From: Elusimicrobiota bacterium
Lineage (GTDB): Bacteria > Elusimicrobiota > Elusimicrobia > Elusimicrobiales > UBA9959
Assembly: GCA_016234365.1 (NCBI GenBank)
Contig: JACRER010000080.1
Location: 2,619 to 66,618 of the forward strand
Direction: 5' to 3'
DNA length: 64,000 nucleotides
Both the position numbers and the translations under genes were made by a program. This document shows positions 27,901 through 35,296 of the stretch, piece by piece; positions within the stretch are counted from its first letter, which is position 1; every line of letters starts with the position of its first letter. A model generated the notes under the pieces. That model ran no database searches. It was not told the origin of the DNA and worked only from the letters and a program-made list of their open reading frames with translations.

Positions 27901-28597
27901 AGATGGCGGCGCTGCTTTCCACTACCGATTCGGAAATACCGGTTATTTTCATGGCCAGCGTGGCCGTGGAGAGGCCCAGCGGCGGGGTGTAGTTGGTGGC
28001 GATGCCGCTGAGGCTGCGAGCCCTCACGCGGAAGTAGTAGGTAGTGTTGGCCAAAAGGCCGCCGGCGTCCACCGGCGGGTAGCCTTTAATGGAGAGGATG
28101 GAGGAGGCGAAGCCGGAGTTGTCGGCGTATTCAAGTTCATACCGGGTCCAGGCCGGGTTGTTGGCCGTGTCCCAGCCGATCTTGGCCACCGCCGTGTAAG
28201 AGGAGGCGGCCGTAAAGAAGGCGGGGATGGAGTAGGCCATGGCGGGCGTCCCGGCCATGGTGGTGGAGGAGACGCCGTTAAGGGCGTAGGCCGTGTCATT
28301 CTCCGACGCTTTTTTAACCCGGAAGTAGTAGGTGGTGTTCTGGTCCAGGTTGATGTAAGTGGTGGTCAGGGCGGCCGTAGAACCAGTGGCTATCCTTACG
28401 GAAAAATTGGAGGCGGTTGAAAGCGCCACAATGTAGGGGCCGCCGCCCCCGGCGCTCCAGCTGAACGCGAGCGTGTTGAGGGTGGCCCCCGCTTTCTGGG
28501 GGCTGAGGGCGGTCTGTGCCGCGGCTGAACCCGCGCCGGCTAAAAGCAGGAGCGCGGGCAGCAACAGGCTGCGGAAGGGCTTGAACCGCGGGAACAT
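24947..28597 (-). CDS. giant surface protein: ~10 Fn3-like repeats + T9SS-type (FlgD-Ig/Por_Secre_tail-like) C-terminal sorting domain
   Basis: Signal peptide MFPRFKPFRSLLLPALLLLAGAGSAAA. Ten recurring modules end in N-T-T-Y-Y-[FY]-R-like motifs (NTTYYFRVKKA, NTTYYFRVRARS, NTTYYYRIGTLN, NTTYYFRTSSIN, NTDYHMRLATLN, NTKYYFRAGGLY, NTTYYLRAGSLN, NTTYYPVVTAYN, NASYYMRVSALN, DTTYFARLQARG). C-terminus: VKIYPNPYRPNS...VKIYTFLGELVRDL...WDGLNSDGRKAASGVYIAFI. Confidence 0.85.
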   Translation of the reverse strand: MFPRFKPFRSLLLPALLLLAGAGSAAAQTALSPQKAGATLNTLAFSWSAGGGGPYIVALSTASNFSVRIATGSTAALTTTYINLDQNTTYYFRVKKASENDTAYALNGVSSTTMAGTPAMAYSIPAFFTAASSYTAVAKIGWDTANNPAWTRYELEYADNSGFASSILSIKGYPPVDAGGLLANTTYYFRVRARSLSGIATNYTPPLGLSTATLAMKITGISESVVESSAAISWAAVNGPTQAEQAEGYRLHVATTASDLISPTSTYWETAVPASAAVDLSPLDFNTTYYYRIGTLNWNFASNLSETRSFTTLASKITSLSLQSVTEGAAGLAWTALTPGDALAYRLEASTGAFTGAQAALSSTTYDMADNSLTVAGLDANTTYYFRTSSINLAYTANYTAAITSITLASPPSANLATIIPEPEVITVFIYPLPAAPQRSTCEGYRLEASTAAFGAGGVVLSSVTADPQAGALAIGGLKQNTDYHMRLATLNWDGTPNYSALTLTRTALPPAPAGPAMGQVWQSSATIYFSAVAGGDSYMVEASTYQFFDVVSRSSATTSVALTTLTISGLDENTKYYFRAGGLYGGTTVYANTSPAYMSTLPLPLMPDSPPFPGVHYSSITMSWATLADSPQKLTAAAYVLEAATTSAFTTVLFSSQSALSTASRLTLQGLSPNTTYYLRAGSLNSAGNANYSVVPATATLANPPTPQATYITPFTMNLTWLPNSNPPDTVYLVTISSNSDFSAPVHSSATALSSATFSALVPNTTYYPVVTAYNRFNRPAPTVVFSSMATGAFHPAFDNFSDVGVSSMTANWLPGTNPANTWYRAQISSNTDFSATVLSSITLNLYAGFTGMVSNASYYMRVSALNLTGVPTDPPVDLGAALTLPATAYVLPPAQGFSGALTDGFTVNWADNNNSSHTWYNVLLSTMSDFSTMNSSLTVRALSASFRDLQIDTTYFARLQARGQTGVLSVYVDAGSTRTLLSSQLNAVSGQDNTISLQTSYGLISVRMPRGSIGSSTRLLLQPVSSFAAPLSAVSVLSPTGIGLSVTHFPPTLVLDAITITLPYRRSDLPSGTDRSKLILALYDEVHSVWVPLPSVSDMANDRVIGQTWHLSTFQIMQATSEAGLSNVKIYPNPYRPNSVSDVMHFTNMTPGAKVKIYTFLGELVRDLKADGNGMAHWDGLNSDGRKAASGVYIAFIQTADKKNGKSFKVAVER
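25900..28510 (-). repeat. array of about ten diverged Fn3-like coding repeats (~85-95 aa each) inside the 1216-aa gene
   Basis: Periodic recurrence of W/A-x-A...NT(T)YY(F)R-type motifs in the translation. The boundaries are approximate. Confidence 0.6.
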
Positions 28598-28739
28598 GTG
28601 TATATTCTAATAAACGCGCGTTAAAAAACAATGGCCAATATGTTACAGTGTGCGGCCGCCGCCGGGTCGGTTTGCACGGGGCGCGGTTTCTATTATATTA
28701 TAAATCAGATTTCAATAACCGGATTCCGGGAATAAAAAA

Positions 28740-29846
28740 ATGCATTTTCTGATAAAGCAAACGGCGCCACTGCTCAAAACCGGCGCGGCGGTCGTATGCG
28801 CCGCGGCGTTTTTTTTGGCTCCGGGCGCGGCCGCCGGCGACAAGGCCGCTTTTCCTGAATTCGAGCTTCAGGCTGGCTTTCCGCTGTTCTCCCAGGCCGC
28901 CGCCACCGGCGTGGTGGTGGGCCAGGGCGGCAATTACGCCGTGGCCCTGCCGGACGGCCGCGCCCTGTGGCTGCTCAATAACGTCATGACCGGCGAACGC
29001 AAAGCCGACGGGCAGAGCGCGGTGTGGGATATAACCGACGGCGCAGCCGCGCTCACGTACAGCACCGCCGCCGCGTCCCAGGCCGGGGCCCTGGGCTACG
29101 TCTCGGACGAGAACGGCCTGCCGCTGCCGTTGCTCTCCGGAGGCGCCGGCGAATACAGCCGCGTGCGCAAATTCTGGCCGCGTGCCGGCTACTGCGGCAA
29201 GGCCCGCTGCTTCGTCTTCTACTCGGTCATGAACAACTACGGCCCCGGCCCCTACGATCATTTCCGCGTGGGGCAGGGCGTAGCCTCGGCCCAAACTCCG
29301 GCCGGGCCCTACGTCAAGGCGCCGCACGGCCTGCGCGGCGTATTCTGGGACGATACCGAACCGGCTTTTGGCTCGGCCCTGCTGGAAGATGCCGACGGCT
29401 GGCTTTACGTTTACGGCCGCGTGGCGACCGCGCCCGGAGAGTACGGCGCGGCGCTGGCCCGCGTCAGGCCCGGAGACCTGCTGGAGAAGGCGAAGTATGC
29501 CTATTACGACGCCGAGAATTCTTCCGCGCCCTGGACGTCGGACCTGGCCGAAGCCGCGGCGGTCATGGATAAAATGCCCGAGGATTTTTCCGTTTCCTAC
29601 AACGATTTCCTGAAGAGTTACCTGGCCGTCTATATGGACGACGAGTCCGGCACGGTGCTGGCCCGCCAGGCCCGCTACCCGTGGGGGCCGTGGGGAGAGC
29701 CTTACCGGCTCCTGGCCTGCGCAAAGGAAGATTACTGCTACGGGGCCAAGGAACAGCCCGCTTTCTCCTCGGAAGGCGGGCGGACGATCTGGCTGACGGT
29801 GGAGAAGAGGAACGCGCCTTACCTGTACAAATTAAAGTTCAAATAG
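28740..29846 (+). CDS. secreted protein of unknown function (possible DUF4185-like beta-propeller)
   Basis: Signal peptide (AAVVCAAAFFLAPGAAAG). 368 aa. Weak resemblance to DUF4185-type proteins (WLYVYGRV...ARVRPGDLLEKAKYAYYD...YPWGPWGEP). It ends 8 nt before buk. Confidence 0.6.
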   Translation: MHFLIKQTAPLLKTGAAVVCAAAFFLAPGAAAGDKAAFPEFELQAGFPLFSQAAATGVVVGQGGNYAVALPDGRALWLLNNVMTGERKADGQSAVWDITDGAAALTYSTAAASQAGALGYVSDENGLPLPLLSGGAGEYSRVRKFWPRAGYCGKARCFVFYSVMNNYGPGPYDHFRVGQGVASAQTPAGPYVKAPHGLRGVFWDDTEPAFGSALLEDADGWLYVYGRVATAPGEYGAALARVRPGDLLEKAKYAYYDAENSSAPWTSDLAEAAAVMDKMPEDFSVSYNDFLKSYLAVYMDDESGTVLARQARYPWGPWGEPYRLLACAKEDYCYGAKEQPAFSSEGGRTIWLTVEKRNAPYLYKLKFK

Positions 29847-29854
29847 GGGAAAGC

Positions 29855-30973
29855 ATGGCCGACTACAACATACTGGTTATCAACCCGGGCTCAACTTCCG
29901 ACGAGGTGAGCTATTTCCGCGGCGAAAAGGAGGTCTTCCATAAGACCGTCCGGTACAGTCCGGAAGACATGAAGCCTTACGACCATGAAAAGATCACCGC
30001 GCAATTCGATATGCGCAAGCGCATGACGCTGGAAGCTTTGAAAGAGCACGGCGTTGAGCTGAAAGAGCTGCACGCGGTGATAGGCCGCGGCGGCCTGGTA
30101 AAGCCCATCGAAGGCGGCGTCTATGCGGTGGACGATGTCCTGCTGGCGGACCTGCGCGAAGGCGTGCTCGGCGACCATTCCTCCAACCTGGGCGGAATCA
30201 TAGCGCACGATATCGCCACGCCGCTCGGTATCAAGTCCTTCATAGCGGACCCGGTGGTGGTGGATGAAATGCTGCCGCTCGCGCGCTATTCCGGCATGCC
30301 GGAGAATCCCCGCATTTCCATTTTCCACGCGCTCAATCAGAAGCGCGTGGGCCGTCACGCGGCGGCCCAGCTGGGCAAACCTTACGAGGAATGCCGGCTG
30401 ATAATAATGCACGGCGGCGGCGGCGTTTCCGTGGGTGCGCATATGGGCGGGCGCGTGATAGACGTGAACAACGCTTTGAACGGCGACGGACCCATGACTC
30501 CGCAGCGCTCCGGCGGCGTGCCCGCCGGCGGCCTGGTGAAGATGTGCTTCAGCGGCAAGTATACCGAGAAAGACATGATGCTCAAGCTTAAGGGCCGCGG
30601 CGGCCTGGTGGCATATACCGGCACGTCAGACTGCATCGCGTTGGAGAAATACATCCTGACCGGGGAAATAAAGCCCGGCAGCGGTATAGACCCCGACAAG
30701 ATGACCCGCGAGGAGGCCCGCGAGGCCGTTCACGCCATGGGTTACCAGATCTGCAAGGAGATCGGCGCGATGGCGGCCGTGCTCGAGGGCAAAGTGGACG
30801 CGATCGTGCTGACCGGCGGCCTCGCCTACGACAAGGTGCTGGTGCCGGAGATCAAGCGGCGCGTGGGGTGGATAGCGCAGATCCTGACCTACCCCGGCGG
30901 CGACGAAATGACGGCGCTGCGGACGGCCGCCGAGACGGCCCTGCGGCACCCCAACATGATAAAGAAGTACTGA
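29855..30973 (+). CDS. buk: butyrate kinase
   Basis: ORF 29681..30973 trimmed to MADYNILVINPGSTSDEVSYF at 29855. Motifs seen: GGGVSVGAH, VIDVNNALNGDGPMTPQRSGGVP, LTGGLAYD. Confidence 0.92.
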   Translation: MADYNILVINPGSTSDEVSYFRGEKEVFHKTVRYSPEDMKPYDHEKITAQFDMRKRMTLEALKEHGVELKELHAVIGRGGLVKPIEGGVYAVDDVLLADLREGVLGDHSSNLGGIIAHDIATPLGIKSFIADPVVVDEMLPLARYSGMPENPRISIFHALNQKRVGRHAAAQLGKPYEECRLIIMHGGGGVSVGAHMGGRVIDVNNALNGDGPMTPQRSGGVPAGGLVKMCFSGKYTEKDMMLKLKGRGGLVAYTGTSDCIALEKYILTGEIKPGSGIDPDKMTREEAREAVHAMGYQICKEIGAMAAVLEGKVDAIVLTGGLAYDKVLVPEIKRRVGWIAQILTYPGGDEMTALRTAAETALRHPNMIKKY

Positions 30974-31007
30974 TTTTGTTCGAACTTAAACTTACTCCGG
31001 AGGAAAA

Positions 31008-31934
31008 ATGAAATTCAAGAACTTTGACGAACTTTTAAGCATGGTAAAGGGCAAGACCAACCGTATCGTGGTGCCCGGCGCCAACAACGACGAAGTGCTC
31101 ACCGCCTGCAAGATGGGCGTGGACCACAAGATCATCTCCGGCGGCATCCTGATAGGCCCCAAAGCCCAGGTAGAAGAGATGGCGAAAAAAGTCGGCTTGA
31201 AGCTGGACATCTTCGAGATCATCGACAAGTCCGACTACGCCGAGATGTGCAACCAGGCGGTGGACATGGTGAAGGCCGGCAAGGGCGATTTCCTGGTGAA
31301 GGGCCTGGTGGACACAAAGTTCTACATGAAGGCCATCCTGCGCAAGGAGATCGGCGCCGTGGCCGAGGGCACCGTGCTCAGCCACTTCGTGCTGTTCGAA
31401 CTGGCCAACTACCACAAACTGTTCGCCGTGACCGACGCCGCCATTATGATCGCCCCCAACGTGGACCAGAAGGCCATGATCCTCAACAACTCCGTGGACA
31501 TGATGCGCATGCTGGGTGTGGAGAAACCCAACGTGAGCGTGGTCTGCCCGGTAGAGAAGGTCAACGAGAAGATCCCCAGCACCCTGGACGCGGCGGAACT
31601 CGTGAAGCGCAACAAGGAAGGCAAGATAAAGAACTGCGTGGTGGAAGGCCCCTACGACGTCTACATCGCCTTCTCCAAGGAACTGGGCGCCGAGAAAGGC
31701 ATAAAGGGCGTAGTGCCTGGCAATACCGACATAGCGCTGTTCCCCAGCCTCGATTCCGGCAACCCCGTCTACAAGTGCCTGAGCTTCTTTGGCGCGGGCA
31801 TGAAGAGCGCCACGCTGCTGGCCGGTTCCAACATCCCGGTGATCCTGCCCTCCCGCACGGATACCCCCATGACCAAACTGCATTCAATAGCCCTCGCCGC
31901 CTATCTCAAGGATAAGGCCGGCGTGCTGGCTTAA
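31008..31934 (+). CDS. ptb: phosphate butyryltransferase / phosphate acyltransferase
   Basis: 308 aa. [34 protein letters not shown], and [16 protein letters not shown] are typical of Ptb/Pta-family enzymes. It lies adjacent to buk. Confidence 0.88.
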   Translation: MKFKNFDELLSMVKGKTNRIVVPGANNDEVLTACKMGVDHKIISGGILIGPKAQVEEMAKKVGLKLDIFEIIDKSDYAEMCNQAVDMVKAGKGDFLVKGLVDTKFYMKAILRKEIGAVAEGTVLSHFVLFELANYHKLFAVTDAAIMIAPNVDQKAMILNNSVDMMRMLGVEKPNVSVVCPVEKVNEKIPSTLDAAELVKRNKEGKIKNCVVEGPYDVYIAFSKELGAEKGIKGVVPGNTDIALFPSLDSGNPVYKCLSFFGAGMKSATLLAGSNIPVILPSRTDTPMTKLHSIALAAYLKDKAGVLA

Positions 31935-31947
31935 AGGAGATAACCCT

Positions 31948-32403
31948 ATGTCCTGGAATTTCATTAAAAAACTGGTAGGCAAGGAAGAGGAAAAGAAGCA
32001 CCAGCCCTCGGCCGCGGCTCCGGCTTTCAAGCCGCAGACGGCCGCTCCCGCCCCGGCGCCCCAGGCGCCCGCCGCCCCGGCCAAGGAAAAGCCGGTGGCC
32101 GAAAGGACCGACGACGAGTTGGCCGCCGAACTGGACAAGATGTCCCCGGAGATCCTGGCGCAGGCCAAGGACCCGCAGATGCGCGCGCTCATTATCGGCA
32201 TCTACCGCAAGATGCTGCTGGACAACGTGAACATCCATGACGACAAGGAAGTGAAGAAGTGGATGAAGAAGCACCCCGAGGTGCTGCAGGGCGGCGAGAC
32301 CGTGAAGGTGGAGACGGTGCGCCGGGAAGAGCCTAAAGTGGGCCGCAACGACCCCTGCCCCTGCGGTTCCGGCAAAAAACACAAAAAATGCTGCGGTAAT
32401 TAG
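31948..32403 (+). CDS. small SEC-C metal-binding-motif protein with Ala/Pro-rich linker
   Basis: The C-terminus [18 protein letters not shown] is the SecA-type SEC-C zinc motif. 151 aa. The stop TAG is fused to a GGGGACG REP head. Confidence 0.75.
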   Translation: MSWNFIKKLVGKEEEKKHQPSAAAPAFKPQTAAPAPAPQAPAAPAKEKPVAERTDDELAAELDKMSPEILAQAKDPQMRALIIGIYRKMLLDNVNIHDDKEVKKWMKKHPEVLQGGETVKVETVRREEPKVGRNDPCPCGSGKKHKKCCGN

Positions 32404-32427
32404 GGGACGTGCGGTAATTAGGGGACG
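32392..32427 (+). repeat. perfect 18-bp tandem duplication tgcggtaattaggggacg x2 at the left REP junction
   Basis: Unit 1 (32392-32409) contains the last codons and TAG of the SEC-C gene plus a REP head. Unit 2 (32410-32427) repeats it exactly and runs into REP copy 1. Confidence 0.9.
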
Positions 32428-32447
32428 TTCATTCCTAATTCCTAATT
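32421..32447 (+). repeat. REP copy 1 (ggggacgttcattcctaattcctaatt)
   Basis: A 27-nt unit made of the head GGGGACG, 4 variable nt, and a tandem TTCCTAA TTCCTAA TT tail. It is identical to the reverse complement of 33591-33617. Confidence 0.85.
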
Positions 32448-32450
32448 GAG

Positions 32451-32479
32451 CCGCCGGGATCGCCCGGCGGTTCTTTTTT
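32451..32479 (+). terminator. intrinsic terminator between REP copies 1 and 2
   Basis: CCGCCGGGatcgCCCGGCGGttctttttt. It is the likely end of the buk-ptb-SEC-C transcript. Confidence 0.8.
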
Positions 32480-32484
32480 GTGGA

Positions 32485-32511
32485 GGGGACGCACATTCCT
32501 AATTCCTAATT
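32485..32511 (+). repeat. REP copy 2 (ggggacgcacattcctaattcctaatt)
   Basis: Same architecture; it differs only in the 4 nt after the head. Confidence 0.85.
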
Positions 32512-32606
32512 GGGTCCCTGAAAAGTTCGGAAATTCTGGTTTTTTAGGCGACAGACCCTTGTCGGGTTGGTGTGCTAGATTATTGGCAGAGGTTAGCGGA
32601 GGAACT

Positions 32607-33512
32607 ATGCCAAGAAAAGCCAGGGTAGATGTGGCGGGGCAGTATTATCATGTGATTTCCCGCGGGATAGAGCGCCGGGAGATCTTTTCACAGAACGAGG
32701 ATTACGAGGATTTTCTTGAACGGTTCAGGGTCTGGCTGGAGAACTGCGGCGCCAAGTGCATGGCCTGGTGCCTGATGCCAAACCACTTCCACTTTCTGTT
32801 GCTGCGCGGGGAGCGTCCGCTCAGCGAACTCATGCATCATCTGATGACCGGCTATGCGGTCAACTACAACCTGCGTCGCAACCGCTGTGGGCACCTGTTC
32901 CAGAACAGGTACAAATCCATCCTCTGCAGTTGTGAGGAATACTTCTTGGAGGCGGTCCCGTACATACACCTGAATCCGCTGAAGGCTGGGCTGGCGAAGG
33001 ACCTCAATGACCTTATGAATTATCCCTGGTGTGGTCACCGGGCGCTGGTAGCAGGCGATGCTGACGGGATACTTTGCGTTCCAGCCCTGTTGGAGCATTA
33101 CGGCGGGGGTGAGCCAGCCTTGCCCCGCTATGTCGCGGCTATGGAGGTAAAGGCCGCGGAGCTGGAGCGCGAAAGAGCGGAAGCCCGCAGGCGTGTCTCC
33201 CGATTTTCGGGCGAGACGAAAGATTTCGTGGGAGATATCCTCAAAAAAGTTGAGAGGCTTGAAGAACGTCCCTTTCGGCCGCGGGCGGAGCTTCTTGCGG
33301 AGGCGTCCAGGCTGACGGGCGTGGCCTGCGGGGATATTCTCCATCCTAGCCGCATAAGGGCTGCGGCCAAAGCGCGGGCTGTCTATTGTTATTTATGCCG
33401 TGAGCAGGCCGGGGTCAGCGGTCAGGAACTAATGGAGGAACTGGAGATAAAGCAGAGCGGGATATCCAAACTTATAGCTAAGGGCCGCGCATTGCTGGCA
33501 GGGAATAATTAG
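32607..33512 (+). CDS. REP-associated tyrosine transposase (RAYT; IS200/IS605-like Y1 HUH transposase) with DnaA-C-like HTH tail
   Basis: ORF 32478..33512 trimmed to MPRKARVDVAGQYYHVISRG at 32607. HUH motif PNHFHFLL; catalytic Tyr region HLFQNRYKS; C-terminal ARAVYCYLCREQAGVSGQELMEELEIKQSGISKLI. GC is visibly lower, with AGA/AGG/AAA codons. The gene is flanked by inverted REPs. Confidence 0.85.
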   Translation: MPRKARVDVAGQYYHVISRGIERREIFSQNEDYEDFLERFRVWLENCGAKCMAWCLMPNHFHFLLLRGERPLSELMHHLMTGYAVNYNLRRNRCGHLFQNRYKSILCSCEEYFLEAVPYIHLNPLKAGLAKDLNDLMNYPWCGHRALVAGDADGILCVPALLEHYGGGEPALPRYVAAMEVKAAELERERAEARRRVSRFSGETKDFVGDILKKVERLEERPFRPRAELLAEASRLTGVACGDILHPSRIRAAAKARAVYCYLCREQAGVSGQELMEELEIKQSGISKLIAKGRALLAGNN

Positions 33513-33533
33513 GAATTAGGAATCAGCGTCCCC
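33507..33533 (-). repeat. REP copy 3, inverted (rc = ggggacgctgattcctaattcctaatt)
   Basis: It overlaps the RAYT stop codon (33510-33512). Its head plus 4 nt, GGGGACGCTGA, is identical to the 22512 element. Confidence 0.85.
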
Positions 33534-33541
33534 TAAATCAA

Positions 33542-33570
33542 AAACCCCGGTTTCGCCCGGGGTTTCTGAT
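33542..33570. terminator. hairpin/terminator between REP copies 3 and 4
   Basis: AAACCCCGGtttcgcCCGGGGTTTctgat has an A-run upstream and a T-rich run downstream. It lies between convergent genes. Confidence 0.6.
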
Positions 33571-33590
33571 TCTGGCTGCTACTGAAGAAC

Positions 33591-33617
33591 AATTAGGAAT
33601 TAGGAATGAACGTCCCC
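33591..33617 (-). repeat. REP copy 4, inverted (rc identical to REP copy 1)
   Basis: Exact reverse complement of 32421-32447. Confidence 0.85.
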
Positions 33618-33637
33618 TTAGTTCCACCTTAGTTCCA
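33616..33637 (+). repeat. perfect 11-bp tandem duplication ccttagttcca x2 at the right REP junction
   Basis: Unit 2 (33627-33637) carries the real stop (TAA on the minus strand) and last codons of paralog A. Unit 1 (33616-33626) overlaps the end of REP copy 4. Confidence 0.9.
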
Positions 33638-34468
33638 GGAGACGGTGGGGGTTTCGGAGATCTGCACCGGGCCTACTTCGCCGGCGTTGCGCATATCTTC
33701 GGACAGGTCCTTGAAGTTGCCCAGGCCGTCCACCGCGTAGGACAGCGTGCCGCCGTTGGTGGAGAAGGGGGTGGAGCGGATCCAGTTCAGCGAGGCCTGC
33801 AGCGCGGAGACCGGGGCCAGCTTGGTGCCGACGTTCATGGGATCTGACATGCGCACGTTCAGGTCGAATTTCCAGCCCCATTTCACGTTCACGCTGATAG
33901 GCTGCACGGTGAAGTTGGTGATGTAGCGGCCGTGTATCTTGCCGTCTCCCTTGTCGTCGGCGTTGCCTACCGCGCCGCCGGTGGCCTGGTTGATGTAGTT
34001 GTCCAGGCGGCCTTTGCCGCTGTAGTCCTCGGTGCCGCCGTAGAAGAAAGAGATCTTGTATTTAACGTCCACCACGTCTATGCCCATGAGGTTGGTGACC
34101 TTGTAGCGGTACAGCATCTCCTTGGGGCCTTTCCAGCCGCTTATGTTGCCCCAGTTGAAAGAGAAGCCGGGAATGGCGCTGGCGTAAGCGGAAGCGTAGG
34201 AGCCGCTGGGGGCGCCGCTGGTTATAACGCCCCAGGCCGCCAGGCCGGCGTTCATGAGGCCGCCTTCGCCGCCTTTGTTCATTCCGGCCAGGTTTTCCGG
34301 CATGGCGGGCGGAACGGCTTCTTTGCCGGGTTCCACGGAGGTCAGGGTGACCTGCTCACCGGCCACGGTAAAATAATCCTTATCTATGGCTTTGCCGCCC
34401 TGTGCGGACAGGGGGGGAACGAGGGCGAGTATCGCTGCCAGGGCCACTGTAGAGTTAAGGGTTTTCAT
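33629..34468 (-). CDS. secreted protein, unknown family (paralog A)
   Basis: ORF trimmed to MKTLNSTVALAAILALVPPLSAQ at 34468. It shares blocks with the upstream gene: YASAIPGFSFNWGNISGWK, NFTVQPISVNVKWGWKF, SDPMNVGT. Confidence 0.7.
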   Translation of the reverse strand: MKTLNSTVALAAILALVPPLSAQGGKAIDKDYFTVAGEQVTLTSVEPGKEAVPPAMPENLAGMNKGGEGGLMNAGLAAWGVITSGAPSGSYASAYASAIPGFSFNWGNISGWKGPKEMLYRYKVTNLMGIDVVDVKYKISFFYGGTEDYSGKGRLDNYINQATGGAVGNADDKGDGKIHGRYITNFTVQPISVNVKWGWKFDLNVRMSDPMNVGTKLAPVSALQASLNWIRSTPFSTNGGTLSYAVDGLGNFKDLSEDMRNAGEVGPVQISETPTVSWN

Positions 34469-34533
34469 AGTTATAGTGTAATGGGTGCCCGGGATATCCG
34501 CAAGGGATTTAGGGCCCAGGCCCGGCTGGGTCC

Positions 34534-35292
34534 TCAGTCCCACGCTACTTCAGCGTCCTTGCCGTCCCCCGGGGCCTGCTCCGGCAGGGGGAGCGGGATG
34601 GCCTCGGAACTTTGCGAGGTTATGGTCCCGGTGCCGGTCACATTTACAGGGTTAACGCTCACGGTGGGCCTCCTGAGGGGGCCGCTATAGCGCCAGAGCA
34701 GGTTGGAGGTAAGCAGGGCCACAGGCTTGCCGGCGGAGCCTATGTTCATGGGGTCGGCCATGGCCGTTTCCATGTAAAGTTCCCAGCCCCATTTGACGTC
34801 TATTTTTATGGGCTTTATCGTGAAATTAGCGATGTAGGCGCCCTTCAGGGCCGGGTCGGGGCCCGGGATCTCCCCGTGGTAGAAAGCGACTTCGTAAAGC
34901 ACGTCCACGGCCCGGCCCTGCAGGGAGGAGTCCACCGCGAACCGGTACCTGCGGGTGACTTTTTTCCAGCCGGACAGATCGTCCCAGTTGAATGAGAAGG
35001 AGGGGATGGCGCTGGCGTAAGCCGTGCCCAACTGTACCGAAGGCCTGCCGTTCACTATCACCTTCCAGAGTTTGGAGCCGGCCATCACTACCAGGGCGCC
35101 CGTGACCACGAACCGTCCGTCCTGGGCGGGCGGCCGGACGGTGCCGTTCTCGCCGAAGACCACCGGCTCGGAAGTTTCGGAGATCAGGGTGGTGGTAGCG
35201 GCGCAGTCGCCGTTGTCCTGGCCGGCCGCGGCCGGCGCCGCCGCGTTGAGCAGCAGGCAGAGGGAGGTTATGATGAAAGGCGTTTTTAACAT
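34534..35292 (-). CDS. secreted protein, unknown family (paralog B)
   Basis: ORF trimmed to MLKTPFIITSLCLLLNAAAPAAA at 35292. Shared blocks: YASAIPSFSFNWDDLSGWK, NFTIKPIKIDVKWGWEL, ADPMNIGS. Confidence 0.7.
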   Translation of the reverse strand: MLKTPFIITSLCLLLNAAAPAAAGQDNGDCAATTTLISETSEPVVFGENGTVRPPAQDGRFVVTGALVVMAGSKLWKVIVNGRPSVQLGTAYASAIPSFSFNWDDLSGWKKVTRRYRFAVDSSLQGRAVDVLYEVAFYHGEIPGPDPALKGAYIANFTIKPIKIDVKWGWELYMETAMADPMNIGSAGKPVALLTSNLLWRYSGPLRRPTVSVNPVNVTGTGTITSQSSEAIPLPLPEQAPGDGKDAEVAWD

Positions 35293-35296
35293 CAGG

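Larger units (their letters stand above)
32421..33617 (+). mobile_element. REP-RAYT module: two direct REPs, RAYT gene, two inverted REPs
   Basis: The layout is REP1-terminator hairpin-REP2-RAYT-REP3-hairpin-REP4. It is inserted between the convergent 3' ends of the SEC-C gene and paralog A. Its GC content is lower than that of the flanks. Confidence 0.8.

Noticed and set aside
25900-28510. Periodic repeats that could be mistaken for a CRISPR or tandem-repeat array.
   Set aside because: The repeats are about 260-280 nt long, diverged, in-frame, and translate to Fn3-like modules. There is no alternation of short identical repeats with unique spacers anywhere in the window.
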